DNA of 64,000 bases from Planctomycetota bacterium (GTDB taxonomy: Bacteria; Planctomycetota; UBA1135; UBA2386). Positions 18,652 to 28,870 of this stretch are shown piece by piece. Where the stretch lies: the NCBI GenBank assembly GCA_965228735.1, contig OZ245838.1, positions 3,968,001-4,032,000 on the forward strand, in the 5' to 3' direction. The translations under genes and the position numbers were made by a program. The notes under the pieces are model-generated. The model did not search any database. It had not been told where the DNA came from and saw only the letters and a list, made by a program, of their open reading frames with translations. Numbering within the stretch: the stretch's first letter is position 1; each line of letters opens with the position of its first letter.

Positions 18652-19778
18652 GCCTCGAACACCGCCGCGGCCTGCACCCCGCCGAAGCCGCTCGCCACCT
18701 TGAGCAGACGCCGCGCGCGCGGCAGGGTTCGCGCCGTCGGCTGCACATCGAGTCGCGGGTCGATCGCCTTGTTCGCGAGCCCGACGTTGCCGGGCACGAC
18801 GCCGCGCTCGAGGGCGGCGATGCCGAGCAGCGTCTCGATCGTGCCCGCGGCACCGAGCGTGTGACCGGTCTGCGACTTGGTCCCGAACGCCGGCGGCGTC
18901 GACTCACCGAACACGTTGCCGAGCCCGATCGCCTCGGTCTCGTCGTTGGCCCGCGTTCCGGTCCCGTGCAGGTGCAGGACGTCGACGTCGGTCGTCGCGA
19001 TGCCCGCGTGCGCCATCGCGCGCGCGGCAGCCGTGCCGACCCCGCGACCTTCGTAGTCCGGACCGGTGACGTGACACGCATCGTTCGCGCCGGCGTGGCC
19101 CGTGAGCCGGACCGCGAACCCGCTCGGGCCGGGCGCCGCAGCGAGCACGATCGCGCCCGCACCGTCGCCGAGCGACACCCCGCGACGCTCGCGATCGAAC
19201 GGCCGACACCGGCCGGGATCGAGCGCGTGCATGGCACCGAAGCCGCGCAGGATGAACTCGTTGAGCACGTCGACCCCGATGACGAGCGCGCGGTCGAGCT
19301 CGCCCGCGACGATGCGGCGCGCGGCCATCGAGAGCGCGATCAGGCCAGAGGCGCACGCGCACGAGATCGCCTCGTGCACCGCGCCGACCTCGAGCCGCTG
19401 CGCGATGTCCTGAGCGAGGCGCAACGGCGAGCCGAAGCCCGCGCCCGGCCCCGTGATCCCGCTGAGATCGGCCTTGGTGCTGGCGACGAACACGCCGATC
19501 TCGCGCCGTTCCCGCCCCTCGACTCCGGCTTCCTCGAGCGCCTCGCGCCCCGCGACCGCACCTGCCCAACCGATGAGATCCGCTTCCTCGACGCCGGCAT
19601 CGATCGCCGCGGCCGGGATCTCGGCCGCGACTTCGGTCGGCGCGGAGAACGCGGCCGTCCGCTCACGGGCGCGCAGCGCGGACGCGCCGGCGAACACGCC
19701 GTCGACCAGCGGCGCGAGCCCACGCCCGAACCCGCTGATGGCCCCGCGACCCGCAACGAACACGTCCCGCCGCGTCAC
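18648..19778 (-). CDS. Beta-ketoacyl-ACP synthase
   Basis: SCACASG active Cys, HLHGTGT..ND, KSQTGHTLGAAG, SGFGG. Confidence 0.92.
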   Translation of the reverse strand: MTRRDVFVAGRGAISGFGRGLAPLVDGVFAGASALRARERTAAFSAPTEVAAEIPAAAIDAGVEEADLIGWAGAVAGREALEEAGVEGRERREIGVFVASTKADLSGITGPGAGFGSPLRLAQDIAQRLEVGAVHEAISCACASGLIALSMAARRIVAGELDRALVIGVDVLNEFILRGFGAMHALDPGRCRPFDRERRGVSLGDGAGAIVLAAAPGPSGFAVRLTGHAGANDACHVTGPDYEGRGVGTAAARAMAHAGIATTDVDVLHLHGTGTRANDETEAIGLGNVFGESTPPAFGTKSQTGHTLGAAGTIETLLGIAALERGVVPGNVGLANKAIDPRLDVQPTARTLPRARRLLKVASGFGGVQAAAVFEA

Positions 19779-20455
19779 GTTCCCCCGCCGGGCAAGACGG
19801 ATTCGACCTGGTTGTCGACATCGAGGACGTAGCCGAACCACTGATTCTCGAGTCGCACGCGCCGCGGGCCACGGCGATCGCCCTCGCCCCATTCGTACCG
19901 CACGACGATGGCGCCGTTCTGATCCGGCCGCTCGAAGCGGCGCTCCTGCAGGTGGCCGTCGCGCCAGCGCTCGCTCACCCGTTCGCCGTCGACGGTCGCC
20001 GAGCGGGCGTGGGCCGATCCGCCGACGCCCCCAGCGAAACCCCCATCGAAACCCCACGGATAGAACGCGCGCTGCGCATCGAGCAGGATGAACCGCGCGG
20101 GGAACGGCAGCTCTTCCTCGGTGTTGTTGGTCACCTGGATCTGCCCGTCGGCTCCGAGCTGGATGACGAACCCGACGGTCCCCATCGGCGAGAGTCCGAC
20201 CAGCGTCAGCATGTCGCCGCGCTTCTGCAGCGCGGCGTCGAACCCGCGCTGCTGACCCTCGCCCCACGACGCCGTCACGTGCTGCTGCCACACGACGTCG
20301 AACGGCAGTTCGGCCGGCGCGCGCAACACCCCCGGATAGTCCGCCGGCTCGAACTCACGCCGCGCGGGCGCCGCCGAGCAACCGCACGTCCCGAGAACGG
20401 TGAGAGTCGCAGCGATGGCGGTGAGTGGCGCGAGGCGCGGGCGGACGGCGGTCAT
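19775..20455 (-). CDS. DUF3261 lipoprotein (ApeN-like)
   Basis: Lipoprotein-like Cys after hydrophobic N-terminus; LTLVGLSPMG, ILLDAQ..YP; located after the MMPL gene as in ape clusters. Confidence 0.75.
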   Translation of the reverse strand: MTAVRPRLAPLTAIAATLTVLGTCGCSAAPARREFEPADYPGVLRAPAELPFDVVWQQHVTASWGEGQQRGFDAALQKRGDMLTLVGLSPMGTVGFVIQLGADGQIQVTNNTEEELPFPARFILLDAQRAFYPWGFDGGFAGGVGGSAHARSATVDGERVSERWRDGHLQERRFERPDQNGAIVVRYEWGEGDRRGPRRVRLENQWFGYVLDVDNQVESVLPGGGT

Positions 20456-22827
20456 GACGATCGACGGCCCATCGCGGCGCAGAGCGTCGGGGCCAGGGCC
20501 AGACACAGTAGCACGCCGACGAGAGATGTCAGGCCGATCGAGAACAACGGCGGCTGATCCGACAGCGCCAGGAGACCGAAGCCCAGCGCGGTCGAGATGC
20601 CCGCGACGACGACCGCGAGCAGGCTCGCGGAGAGCCGCCGCGGATCGCCCGCCGTCTCGGCGAGGAAGACGCCGTAGTCGACGCCCATGCTGACGACCAT
20701 GAGCAGCGCGACGAGCGTCAGCATGTTGAGCTCGACGCCGAGCAGGCCGAGCAGACCGACGGTCGCGCCGGCCGCGAGCAGCGCCGGGCCGCACGCGATC
20801 GCGGTCAGGCGAAGCGAACGGTGACGCAGGAAGACGAGGCCGAGCACAGCGGCGAGCCCGACGAGCCAGAGCTGCAGCAGACGCGTCCGATACCCCGCAT
20901 ACGCGGCCGTCAGCGTCGCGGGCACGTCGACGTAGCGGGCGCCCGGAATCGCTCCGATCGCGGCGCTGAGCGCGTCCGCGTCGCGCAGGTCGTGCAGGAA
21001 GCTCAGGAACCCGATGCCGGTCGGGAGCTCGATGCGAAAAGGCCGAACGAGTGCTTCGAGCGGAGTGTCGTCGAGGTCGGCCGGCACGACCGGTTGCGGC
21101 GCCGGCTGCGCGAGTGCCGTGCGGAACGGCTCGAACATCGATGTCCGGAACCCGGCCGCACCGAGCGCTGCGGTCGCGCGATCGAAGAGGCCATCGTCAC
21201 CGCGCACGACCGCGTCGACCGCGCGCTGCCTCTTGGCGCTCGGTACGAGCGGCTCGATGCTGCGAAAGCCGCCGAGCGCCGCGTCGGCTTCGAGCTGCCG
21301 CAGGGCGGCCGCCACGCGATCGTTGACCTCGAGTGCGGCCTGTTCGCTGTCGCCGAGTGCGACCACGAGCCGGCCCTGCTCGTAGCGCACGACCCGCTCG
21401 CGCACCGCCTCGTCGGCCGCCTGGAGTTCGGGATCGAGCCGGTTCATCGCCGCGATGTCGTCGTTCCATCGCGTCATCGGAAGCCCGGCGGCAGCGAGCA
21501 GGGTGGCGACCACGAGCGGCACGAGGAGCCAACCGCGACGCGAGCCGTTCACGCCCGCTCCGAACCAGCCCCCGAGGCGCCGAACGAGCCACTGCGCCCG
21601 CGCCGTCGGCTGCGCCGTGCGCGCGGACAAACCCGGCAGGAAGAGCCGGGTCGCGAGCACCGCACCGAGAATGCCGCACACCGCGAAGACCGCGAGCTGG
21701 CGCAGGCCGGGGAACGACGAGGCGACGAGCGCGAGGAAGCCCGTGATCGTCGTCGCGGCACCGAGCACGAGCGGTCGCCAGATCGCGCGCAGCGTGGCGC
21801 TCGGGCCGCCCGGCTCCGGCGCGAGCACGTGATGACACTGGAAGTGGATCGCGTAGTCGATCGTCACGCCGATGAGCGCCGCGCCGAACGCGAGCGTCAG
21901 ACCGTGCACGCTGCCGAAGAGCAGCTGGCACGCGAGCGTGCCGGAGAGGAAGGCCGTGGCTAGCACCGGCAGCACCAGACCCACGAGCCGCAGCGAGCCG
22001 AAGACGAGGAGCAGGAACGCCACGAGCCCGACCGTCGAGCCGACGCTCACCCGCTCGATGTCCGCCCGAATCGCCTCCTCGGCGCGCACGGCGAACCGGT
22101 TGGTGCCGCTCAGCCCGAGCTCGAGCACGCCGCCGAACTCGGTGTTCATCCGCGCGAACGCCGCATGCAGGCCGTCGAGGAACGGGCGCTGCACGGTGCC
22201 GCTCGACGCGGACGAGCGCGTCGCGAGAAACAGCACGGCCGCGCTGCCGTCCGCAGTGAGGAAGCGATCGTCGTGCATCGACAAGCCCTCGCCACGGCCC
22301 GTTGCGAGCCGCTTGAACAGGTCCTCGAGCACGAGCAACGGGTCGGCCGGCGCGATGCGCGTGAGCACCGTCGACATCGGCAGCAGCAGCCGGTCCTTGA
22401 GGTCACGGGCCGCCACTTCGAGAGCAGCCGGTGTGAGTCGCGCCCGGGCCGCCGCCACATCGGCGGCGACGAACCCGAACCGCCGCGGCTCGTAGAGCTC
22501 GTAGAGCGCCTCCTCGACGCCGGCCGGCGGGCTCGCGTCGAGGAACGCGAGCTCGTCACCGACGTGCGGCTCTGCCCGCAACTCGCGTTCGAACGTCCGA
22601 CTCGCCCGGGCCGCGGTCTCGCGGTCCGGCGCGTCGACGAGCACGACCATCATGCGGCTCAGTTCGCCGGCGGCGAGCTCACGCGCGAGCTGCACGTTCT
22701 CTGCGTCCGCACCCGCCGGCAGGAAGTGCAGGATGTCCGTGACGACCCGCAGCTGCAGCAGGACGAACGTCGCGAGGGTGGCGAGCACGAGCGCGCCGAG
22801 GCCGAGGGCGCGCCGCTCCGACGTCAC
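20452..22827 (-). CDS. MMPL family exporter (ApeM-like)
   Basis: TDILHFLP, DPLL, LTLAFGAALIGVTIDYAIH, FPGLRQLAVF, MGVDYG. Confidence 0.9.
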   Translation of the reverse strand: MTSERRALGLGALVLATLATFVLLQLRVVTDILHFLPAGADAENVQLARELAAGELSRMMVVLVDAPDRETAARASRTFERELRAEPHVGDELAFLDASPPAGVEEALYELYEPRRFGFVAADVAAARARLTPAALEVAARDLKDRLLLPMSTVLTRIAPADPLLVLEDLFKRLATGRGEGLSMHDDRFLTADGSAAVLFLATRSSASSGTVQRPFLDGLHAAFARMNTEFGGVLELGLSGTNRFAVRAEEAIRADIERVSVGSTVGLVAFLLLVFGSLRLVGLVLPVLATAFLSGTLACQLLFGSVHGLTLAFGAALIGVTIDYAIHFQCHHVLAPEPGGPSATLRAIWRPLVLGAATTITGFLALVASSFPGLRQLAVFAVCGILGAVLATRLFLPGLSARTAQPTARAQWLVRRLGGWFGAGVNGSRRGWLLVPLVVATLLAAAGLPMTRWNDDIAAMNRLDPELQAADEAVRERVVRYEQGRLVVALGDSEQAALEVNDRVAAALRQLEADAALGGFRSIEPLVPSAKRQRAVDAVVRGDDGLFDRATAALGAAGFRTSMFEPFRTALAQPAPQPVVPADLDDTPLEALVRPFRIELPTGIGFLSFLHDLRDADALSAAIGAIPGARYVDVPATLTAAYAGYRTRLLQLWLVGLAAVLGLVFLRHRSLRLTAIACGPALLAAGATVGLLGLLGVELNMLTLVALLMVVSMGVDYGVFLAETAGDPRRLSASLLAVVVAGISTALGFGLLALSDQPPLFSIGLTSLVGVLLCLALAPTLCAAMGRRSS

Positions 22828-23546
22828 CGACCGTCCTTGCGCAGCGCCTTCGGCTCGATCCCGAACAACTCGCGCTCTTCCTTCGCCGTGAACTGCCGCT
22901 TCGGGTCGGCGCGCACGATCGTCGTGACCGTGCGATCACCGCTCGGCTCGAGGATCTCGATCTCGCGCACGAAGTAACCCTCACCGCGCAGCGTGAGCGA
23001 CTTCAGCATCTTGTCGAGCGGCTCCGCGCGCGGCCGCAGCACGAGCGACCAGCGCGATTCGTCCTTCTCGTCGAGCCGATACTCGATGCGGTAGTGCCGC
23101 GCGAGCGCCTCCCGGTCGCCGCGAAACACCCGCACGAGTGACGTCACGAACTGCTGCAACACGCCGCTCTTGCCGAGATCGATGACCTCGGTGCCCGACG
23201 TGTCCGCGACTTCGAGGCGCTCCGGTGTGATCCGCAGCCGCACGCGCCGCGGCTTCTCGACCTGGCGGACGAGGTAACCGGGCTGGCGGAAGTAGAGCTT
23301 GCCCGAGCTCTCGTACGGCACGACGAGCAGCTGCAGATGCTTCTTCTCGACGTAGGACGCCTCGAGCGCCGGCATCTCGGCGAACTTCGCGAACAGCTGC
23401 GCCGCGGTCGCCGGCCGCTTCGGGTCGAGCTGCCTCGGACCTGGCTGCTTCGGATCTGGCGTGGCGGCCGCAGGTTCCTGAGCCGGCAACGACAAAGCGC
23501 ACGCGAGGGCGCAGCTAATCGACAGGCAAACGCTCGAGGATCGCAT
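22824..23546 (-). CDS. LolA-like lipoprotein carrier (ApeL-like)
   Basis: Signal peptide; EKKHLQLL.PYESSG..VEKP; E.SGDRT. Confidence 0.8.
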   Translation of the reverse strand: MRSSSVCLSISCALACALSLPAQEPAAATPDPKQPGPRQLDPKRPATAAQLFAKFAEMPALEASYVEKKHLQLLVVPYESSGKLYFRQPGYLVRQVEKPRRVRLRITPERLEVADTSGTEVIDLGKSGVLQQFVTSLVRVFRGDREALARHYRIEYRLDEKDESRWSLVLRPRAEPLDKMLKSLTLRGEGYFVREIEILEPSGDRTVTTIVRADPKRQFTAKEERELFGIEPKALRKDGR

Positions 23547-23937
23547 CAGGGGTGGAAGGCAGCAGTTCGCCGGCAGCATCCGTGACCGCGAGCACCGTCG
23601 TGCCGCGCGCGCTCCAGCGCTCCGTCGCCGGATTGTAGATGTCGTAGTTCACGCGGATCAAGGGCGCCGCGGCGTTGAACCACGCGCTGATCTCCACCGG
23701 GTCGGAGTAGGCGAGCGGCGCCATGTAGCGCAGCTTGAGGTCGACCACGTACATGCGATGACCCAGCGCCCGGATCTCGTGCACCTCGAGCCCCACGCTC
23801 GCGAACAGCTCGGTGCGCGCGAGCTCGAACCACTCGAGGTAGCGGCCGTGCCACGCGACGCCGAGCGGATCGCATTGATGGAACGCCACCTTCGTGCTGA
23901 CGGTGACGGCGTGGTCGGGGCGTTGCGGTCGGCTCAC
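23515..23937 (-). CDS. Acyl-CoA thioesterase (4HBT/YbgC family, ApeK-like)
   Basis: VAFHQCDPLGVAWHGRYLEWFELAR. Confidence 0.88.
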   Translation of the reverse strand: MSRPQRPDHAVTVSTKVAFHQCDPLGVAWHGRYLEWFELARTELFASVGLEVHEIRALGHRMYVVDLKLRYMAPLAYSDPVEISAWFNAAAPLIRVNYDIYNPATERWSARGTTVLAVTDAAGELLPSTPDAILERLPVD

Positions 23938-24833
23938 GGTTTGTTCCAGTAGTCGTAGAAGTTGAACCAGTTGTAGGGTTCCCGTCGACAGATCTCTTCG
24001 AGCTGCGCGGCGTAGCGCGTCACGACGTCGCGCAGCGCCGCATCGCGATCCTTGCGCGGCAGCTGCAGCGTCTCGGCGAACGGCGTGCACGACAGCGCGT
24101 AGTGCCCCGGCGGCTGGTAGAGGCCGAACGTCAGGTAGACCGGGCAGCGCAGCAGCGACGCGAGCAGAAAGGGCCCGGTCGGGAACTCCGCGTCCTCGCC
24201 GAAGAACGGCACCCGGATCGTGCGCTCGTTGAGGCCCGTGCGATCGCCGAGCAACGCGACGAACTCGCCCGCATCCACGCGTTCCTTGACGCTCGCCATC
24301 ACGCCGACGGGGTCGTTCCCGAGGTGAATCACGTTCTCGGCCCGGCCGGGATTGAGCTTCTCGAGCAGCGCGTTGATCATCCGCGCGTTCTCGAAGTAGC
24401 CGAGGACGTTGATCCGCAGCTCTTCGTCGTCGCCGCTCGCGCGCATGGCCTCGAAACTGCCGACGTGCGCGCCGAGCAGCACGGCACCGCGTCCCGACGC
24501 CGCCTGCGCGAACAGGTGATGGTTGCCGTCTCGCGTGAACGTCAGCCCGCGCGTCTTGCCCGAGAGCAGGAACACGCGATCGAGCGTCGCCTGCGTGAAC
24601 GTGCGGATGTGGCGATAGACGCCCCAGAATCCCGGCGGTTTGCCCTGCACGCGGGTCAGCCAGTCGCGCGACGCGCGCACGGCCTTGCGGTCGAACAGCC
24701 GGTACCACAGCGCGACGATGGCGACGAGCAACTTCATCGGCCGGCGACCGACGAGCGTCGCGATCCGGAACGTGAGCCGCGTCAGCCAGATCGCGCCGCG
24801 CTCGCGCTGCGTCAGCCACGTGTCCGCGGTCAT
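23934..24833 (-). CDS. LpxL-type lipid acyltransferase (ApeJ C-terminal-like)
   Basis: W..RERG, LLGAHVGSFE, LLGDR, PFFG..FPTGPFLLA, PYNWFNFYDYW. Confidence 0.9.
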   Translation of the reverse strand: MTADTWLTQRERGAIWLTRLTFRIATLVGRRPMKLLVAIVALWYRLFDRKAVRASRDWLTRVQGKPPGFWGVYRHIRTFTQATLDRVFLLSGKTRGLTFTRDGNHHLFAQAASGRGAVLLGAHVGSFEAMRASGDDEELRINVLGYFENARMINALLEKLNPGRAENVIHLGNDPVGVMASVKERVDAGEFVALLGDRTGLNERTIRVPFFGEDAEFPTGPFLLASLLRCPVYLTFGLYQPPGHYALSCTPFAETLQLPRKDRDAALRDVVTRYAAQLEEICRREPYNWFNFYDYWNKP

Positions 24834-25582
24834 CGGCGCCACCGCCTGCCGGTGATCACCGAGAAGAACCAGCGCAGGCTGCCCGCGGTGCAGAGCCGAC
24901 AGTGCAGCCAGCCGAAGCGCACGTTGTCGCGGAACATCCGGAAGTGCGAGACCCCGCCCTCTTCGGCCGACAGGTACCGCACCTTCACCGGCAGGTTGAT
25001 CGTCGCGGTCCCCGCCCGCACGAGCCGAACGGCGATCTCGATGTCGAACTCCATGCCGCGCCCCACCCGCGGCAGCCTCGCGCACGCAGCGAGCGGATAC
25101 ACCCGGAAGCCGATCATCGCGTCACGAATCCGGCCGCGGCCGACCTCGAGGTTGACCCAGAAGTCGGTGACCTTCCGGCCCGTTCGGCGCAGCTGCGGCG
25201 CCGACTCGTCATACTCGGGATACCCGATGAGGAACGCTTCGGGTCGTTCGCGCGACCGTTCGGCGAACGCCGGCACCCGCGTCAGATCGTGCTGACCGTC
25301 GGCGTCGACCTGCAGGGCATGGGTGAATCCGAGCTCGCGCGCCGCGTCGAACCCGGCCTGCACGGCGCCGCCCTTGCCCTGATTGCGCGGCAGCCGGCGA
25401 ACCTCCGCGAGCCCCGCCGCCCCGATCTCCCGACACGCCGCCTCGCCGGCCGGCCCGCTGCCGTCGTCGACGACGATCACGGGCACGCCGTGCGACCGCA
25501 GCGCTTCGACGACACCACGCACGGTCATCGGATTGTCGTACGTCGGCACGACGGCGCAGAGCCGCCAGTCAGCGACGCTCAT
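24830..25582 (-). CDS. Family 2 glycosyltransferase (ApeJ N-terminal-like)
   Basis: VVPTYDN, VVDDGS, NQGKGGA, QVDADGQH, GFRVYPL, SHFR.FRDN. Confidence 0.92.
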   Translation of the reverse strand: MSVADWRLCAVVPTYDNPMTVRGVVEALRSHGVPVIVVDDGSGPAGEAACREIGAAGLAEVRRLPRNQGKGGAVQAGFDAARELGFTHALQVDADGQHDLTRVPAFAERSRERPEAFLIGYPEYDESAPQLRRTGRKVTDFWVNLEVGRGRIRDAMIGFRVYPLAACARLPRVGRGMEFDIEIAVRLVRAGTATINLPVKVRYLSAEEGGVSHFRMFRDNVRFGWLHCRLCTAGSLRWFFSVITGRRWRR

Positions 25583-27066
25583 TCCTTGGACTCTCCACCC
25601 TCCGCGGCAGCGGCGAAGTGCAGCTTGCCCGACGTACAGCGGGTGTCGCCACACCAGATCTCGAACTGCACGCGCCGGCCCTCGGCGAGCCCGCTGAGCC
25701 GCACCACGAGCTCGTCGCCGGGCGCGATGCGGGCCAGGAACTTGACGCCATCGAGGCGTTCGAGCGGACCGATCGCGGGCCGGGCGGCGCGGATGCAGGG
25801 CAGCACGAGTTCTTGCAGCTGCACCCCGCCCGCCAGCACGGCGTAGGTCGTGAAGTGGCCTTCGAAGAACGCGTACCGCCGCGGCAACTGCGTGCGATAC
25901 CGCTGCTCGTCGCCGCCGTCCTCGAGCTCCGAGCGCCACGACAGCTCGCGGGTCACGCGCGCACCGTCGCGGCCGCGGCCGAGCCGCGCGCAGAGGTCAC
26001 CGAAATCGACGCGGCCGTTGGGGTCGCGAGGCACGGCCTCGACCGTTCGCAGCACGAGCTCGACGTGTTCTTCGAACACGGCCGCCGCGGCAGCGCGTGC
26101 GGAGAGCAACACGGAGTCCGGTCCGACGATGGCGACGAAGGCCTCGGCCGGCGCGTCCGGCGGCGCGATGCCGACCCCGGCGTCGACGACGCCGTCGATC
26201 GCGAACAACCGCTCGGTGCAGGTCGCGAGCGCGTCGACTTCGTCGCCGAGGGCCGCGCCGACGCGCACGTCGTGGCGGTCGCGCACGAGCTCGGCCGGTC
26301 GATCCGGCGGCGGCCCGTCGGTGAGCACGGCCGACAGCCCGCCGAGTCGGCCGGCCGGCAGCTCGGCGAGCCCACGGAGCTGCGGTGCCGAACACAACAG
26401 GATCGCGGCCTCCGCGGCTGCCGCCGCATCCGCGAGTTCCGCCACCGACTTCGGGTGATCGAGGCCGAACCCGCCGCGCAGCCGCAGCGGCGCGAGCAGT
26501 CCGACGAGCACCGCGGGCAGGAACATCGGCGCGAAGCCGTGCACCGCGACCTCGCCGCGAGCGAGCTCGAGATCGTCGATGGCGCGCTCGATCACGGCGG
26601 TCAGTTCGCTCGCGGTGAAGCGCTCGATGCCGATGCGACCGTCGCCCCCCGGCGTGTGCGTCTCGAGCACGATGCGGTCCGGGTCCGGGGGCAGCAGCGG
26701 CGGCACGGTGATCGCCGCGGTGCGTTCGGCGGCGAGCAGCTCGGACACGTCGATCCCCCGCCGCACACCGCAATCGTGCAGGAACTCGGCGTGCTCCGGG
26801 CGCGACATCACGGGCAGCACGCTGGCGCGCCGATCGCTCTCGGGCAACGCGACGCCGTGACCGGCGAGCCACGAGCCGAGCAGCGCGGCCGCGAACGCCG
26901 CGCGGTCGTGGCCGAACGCGAACGTCACCATCGATCCGGGCGACGGTGCCGGCAGCCGGGAGGCGACGAGCGCCGCGTTCTGCCAGAGTTCTTCGGCCAT
27001 CAGGACGCGTTCGCGTCCGCGCGCCACCGCGCCGGTCGTGACCTCGTTGCGCAGGACGTCGAGCAT
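25579..27066 (-). CDS. Degenerate AMP-binding (acyl-ACP synthetase-like) domain fused to a hotdog dehydratase (ApeH-ApeI-like)
   Basis: N-terminal FAAALLGSWLAG..LP and VPRDPNGRV resemble an adenylation enzyme; C-terminal FFEGHF..VLAGGVQL..VKFLARIAPG is FabA/Z-like. Confidence 0.75.
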   Translation of the reverse strand: MLDVLRNEVTTGAVARGRERVLMAEELWQNAALVASRLPAPSPGSMVTFAFGHDRAAFAAALLGSWLAGHGVALPESDRRASVLPVMSRPEHAEFLHDCGVRRGIDVSELLAAERTAAITVPPLLPPDPDRIVLETHTPGGDGRIGIERFTASELTAVIERAIDDLELARGEVAVHGFAPMFLPAVLVGLLAPLRLRGGFGLDHPKSVAELADAAAAAEAAILLCSAPQLRGLAELPAGRLGGLSAVLTDGPPPDRPAELVRDRHDVRVGAALGDEVDALATCTERLFAIDGVVDAGVGIAPPDAPAEAFVAIVGPDSVLLSARAAAAAVFEEHVELVLRTVEAVPRDPNGRVDFGDLCARLGRGRDGARVTRELSWRSELEDGGDEQRYRTQLPRRYAFFEGHFTTYAVLAGGVQLQELVLPCIRAARPAIGPLERLDGVKFLARIAPGDELVVRLSGLAEGRRVQFEIWCGDTRCTSGKLHFAAAAEGGESKE

Positions 27067-27662
27067 CAGGCGACATCCTCACCGGGAGCCGAGAAGCGCC
27101 GGCGCCGCATCACCCACTCGGTGAGCAGCAGCGCGCCGAGCAACGCGTAGGACAGCAGTCCCGTATAGAAGGTCCACCACGTGATCGGCGCGAAGATGGC
27201 GAGCGCGGCCGCGGTCGCGCCATTGACCACGAAGAACGCGCACCAGATGCGCGTCCACGCGCGGCACCACGCGACCTGGTCGGCGTTGAGTTCGGGCTCC
27301 TGCAGCCGCGCGAACCGCTCGATCATCGGCATCGCCCCGGCGCGCAGCGTCGCGCCGAACACGACGAGCAGCGCCGCGTTGATGACGACGGGGACGGCGA
27401 AGATCATCCCGGCGGCGTCGAGGCTCGCCGCCGCCGCCAGAACGACGAACGTGACGAGGGGGATCGCCGCCAGGCCGCGCAGGCCGGCTCGTCGACTCCG
27501 GCGCAACCGCACGACCGCGATGGGCGCGATCACGGCGAGCAGGATCAGCGCCAGCCAGCGCGCCGACAGGACGACACCCGTGGCTCCCGACAACGCCAGC
27601 CAGACGAGGACCGGATAGGCGACGAGCGCGACACCGGCGAGCACTCGGAGCGCGCGGAGCAT
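27066..27662 (-). CDS. COG4648-type membrane protein (ApeG-like)
   Basis: AYPVLVW, PVVIN..FGATL..PMIERFARL, W..FFVVNG, WTFYTGLLSY.L.G..EW.MR. Confidence 0.85.
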   Translation of the reverse strand: MLRALRVLAGVALVAYPVLVWLALSGATGVVLSARWLALILLAVIAPIAVVRLRRSRRAGLRGLAAIPLVTFVVLAAAASLDAAGMIFAVPVVINAALLVVFGATLRAGAMPMIERFARLQEPELNADQVAWCRAWTRIWCAFFVVNGATAAALAIFAPITWWTFYTGLLSYALLGALLLTEWVMRRRRFSAPGEDVA

Positions 27663-27683
27663 GGGCGCGGGCCGCGAGCGCGA

Positions 27684-27974
27684 TCAGGCCGTATCGGCCG
27701 ACGCCGCTTCGGCTTCGGCCTGCTTCTCGCGGATGAACTTCGCGAGCGATTCCACCGAGTAGTAGTACTCGCGGTTCTTCTCGTCGTTCTCCTTGGTGCG
27801 CACGCCGAACTCCTTGTGGATCGCGAGCGCGAGCTCGAGCGCGTCGATCGAGTCGAGGCCGAGCCCCTCGCCGAACAAGGGCGCCGCCGTCTCGATGCTC
27901 GCGGGATCGACGTCCTCGAGCGCGAGCGTCTCGACGATGAGCTTCTTCAACCGGTCTTCGAGCTGATCTGACAT
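27684..27974 (-). CDS. Acyl carrier protein
   Basis: LKKLIVETLALED..PLFGEGLGLDSIDALEL phosphopantetheine motif. Confidence 0.95.
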   Translation of the reverse strand: MSDQLEDRLKKLIVETLALEDVDPASIETAAPLFGEGLGLDSIDALELALAIHKEFGVRTKENDEKNREYYYSVESLAKFIREKQAEAEAASADTA

Positions 27975-28807
27975 TCGGATTCCTGCCCGGAATCGTAGGC
28001 AGGCAGAACCGGCGGCACAAGCTCGCGCAGCCACGCCCGGTAGCGTTCTTCCGCCCGAGCGCGCAGCCGGCGACTGTCGTGGTCCACGACGGCCGGATCG
28101 TCGACCGCGAGGACGGCGAGCCGCAGCACCGGGGTCGGATGCGCTGGACGGAACAGCGGCACTTCCTTGCTCAGGTAGACCGGCTCGCAGGTGACCGTCA
28201 GCGAGACGAGCGGGACGCGCGCGCGGCACGCGACCTCGAACGCGAGGCGGCCGAAGCGGTGCAGACCACCGGGCGGCGACCGCGTGCCCTCGGGGAAGAT
28301 GATCAGGGGCATCCCCCAGCCGAGGCGTTCGACGACGTCGTCGATGACGCGACCCGCAGACACGGGATCGGCGCCCGGCCCCTCGACATGACCGGCCCCC
28401 TCGAGCAGCTGACGCAGCATGGGACGGCCGAAGACCGCCGGCTTGACCACCGTGGTGCCCGCGCCGATCACCGCCGTGATCGACGTGATGTCCATGAGCG
28501 TCGGGTGATTCGCGATCACGACGCACGGGCCCGACGGCAGGCCGGAAAGCGGCGCATCCGGGTCGAAACGGGTGATGCGCAGCCAGGTGAGCCAGCGATG
28601 CATCAGCCGGTAGGCGAACGCCTGCACGCCCTGCAGCCGCCGCGCGCACCGCTGCCGATCGCCGCGCCACAGGAAACACAGCACTGCGAACAGCAGATAG
28701 CCGAGCGGCGTCATCACGGTGTAGATCGACACCGTCAACAGCACGTTGCACCAACGGATCGCGCGCTTGACGGGTCGCCACCGGTCCTGATTGCAGACCT
28801 CCGACAT
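27947..28807 (-). CDS. Lysophospholipid acyltransferase (PlsC family, ApeD-like)
   Basis: ANHPTLMD (HxxxxD), IFPEGTRS. Confidence 0.9.
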   Translation of the reverse strand: MSEVCNQDRWRPVKRAIRWCNVLLTVSIYTVMTPLGYLLFAVLCFLWRGDRQRCARRLQGVQAFAYRLMHRWLTWLRITRFDPDAPLSGLPSGPCVVIANHPTLMDITSITAVIGAGTTVVKPAVFGRPMLRQLLEGAGHVEGPGADPVSAGRVIDDVVERLGWGMPLIIFPEGTRSPPGGLHRFGRLAFEVACRARVPLVSLTVTCEPVYLSKEVPLFRPAHPTPVLRLAVLAVDDPAVVDHDSRRLRARAEERYRAWLRELVPPVLPAYDSGQESECQISSKTG

Positions 28808-28870
28808 GGGGCTAGACTCACGGGGCGAATCGGGCCGTACGGGCCCGATCGCCTGCTCCACCTTACCAAC

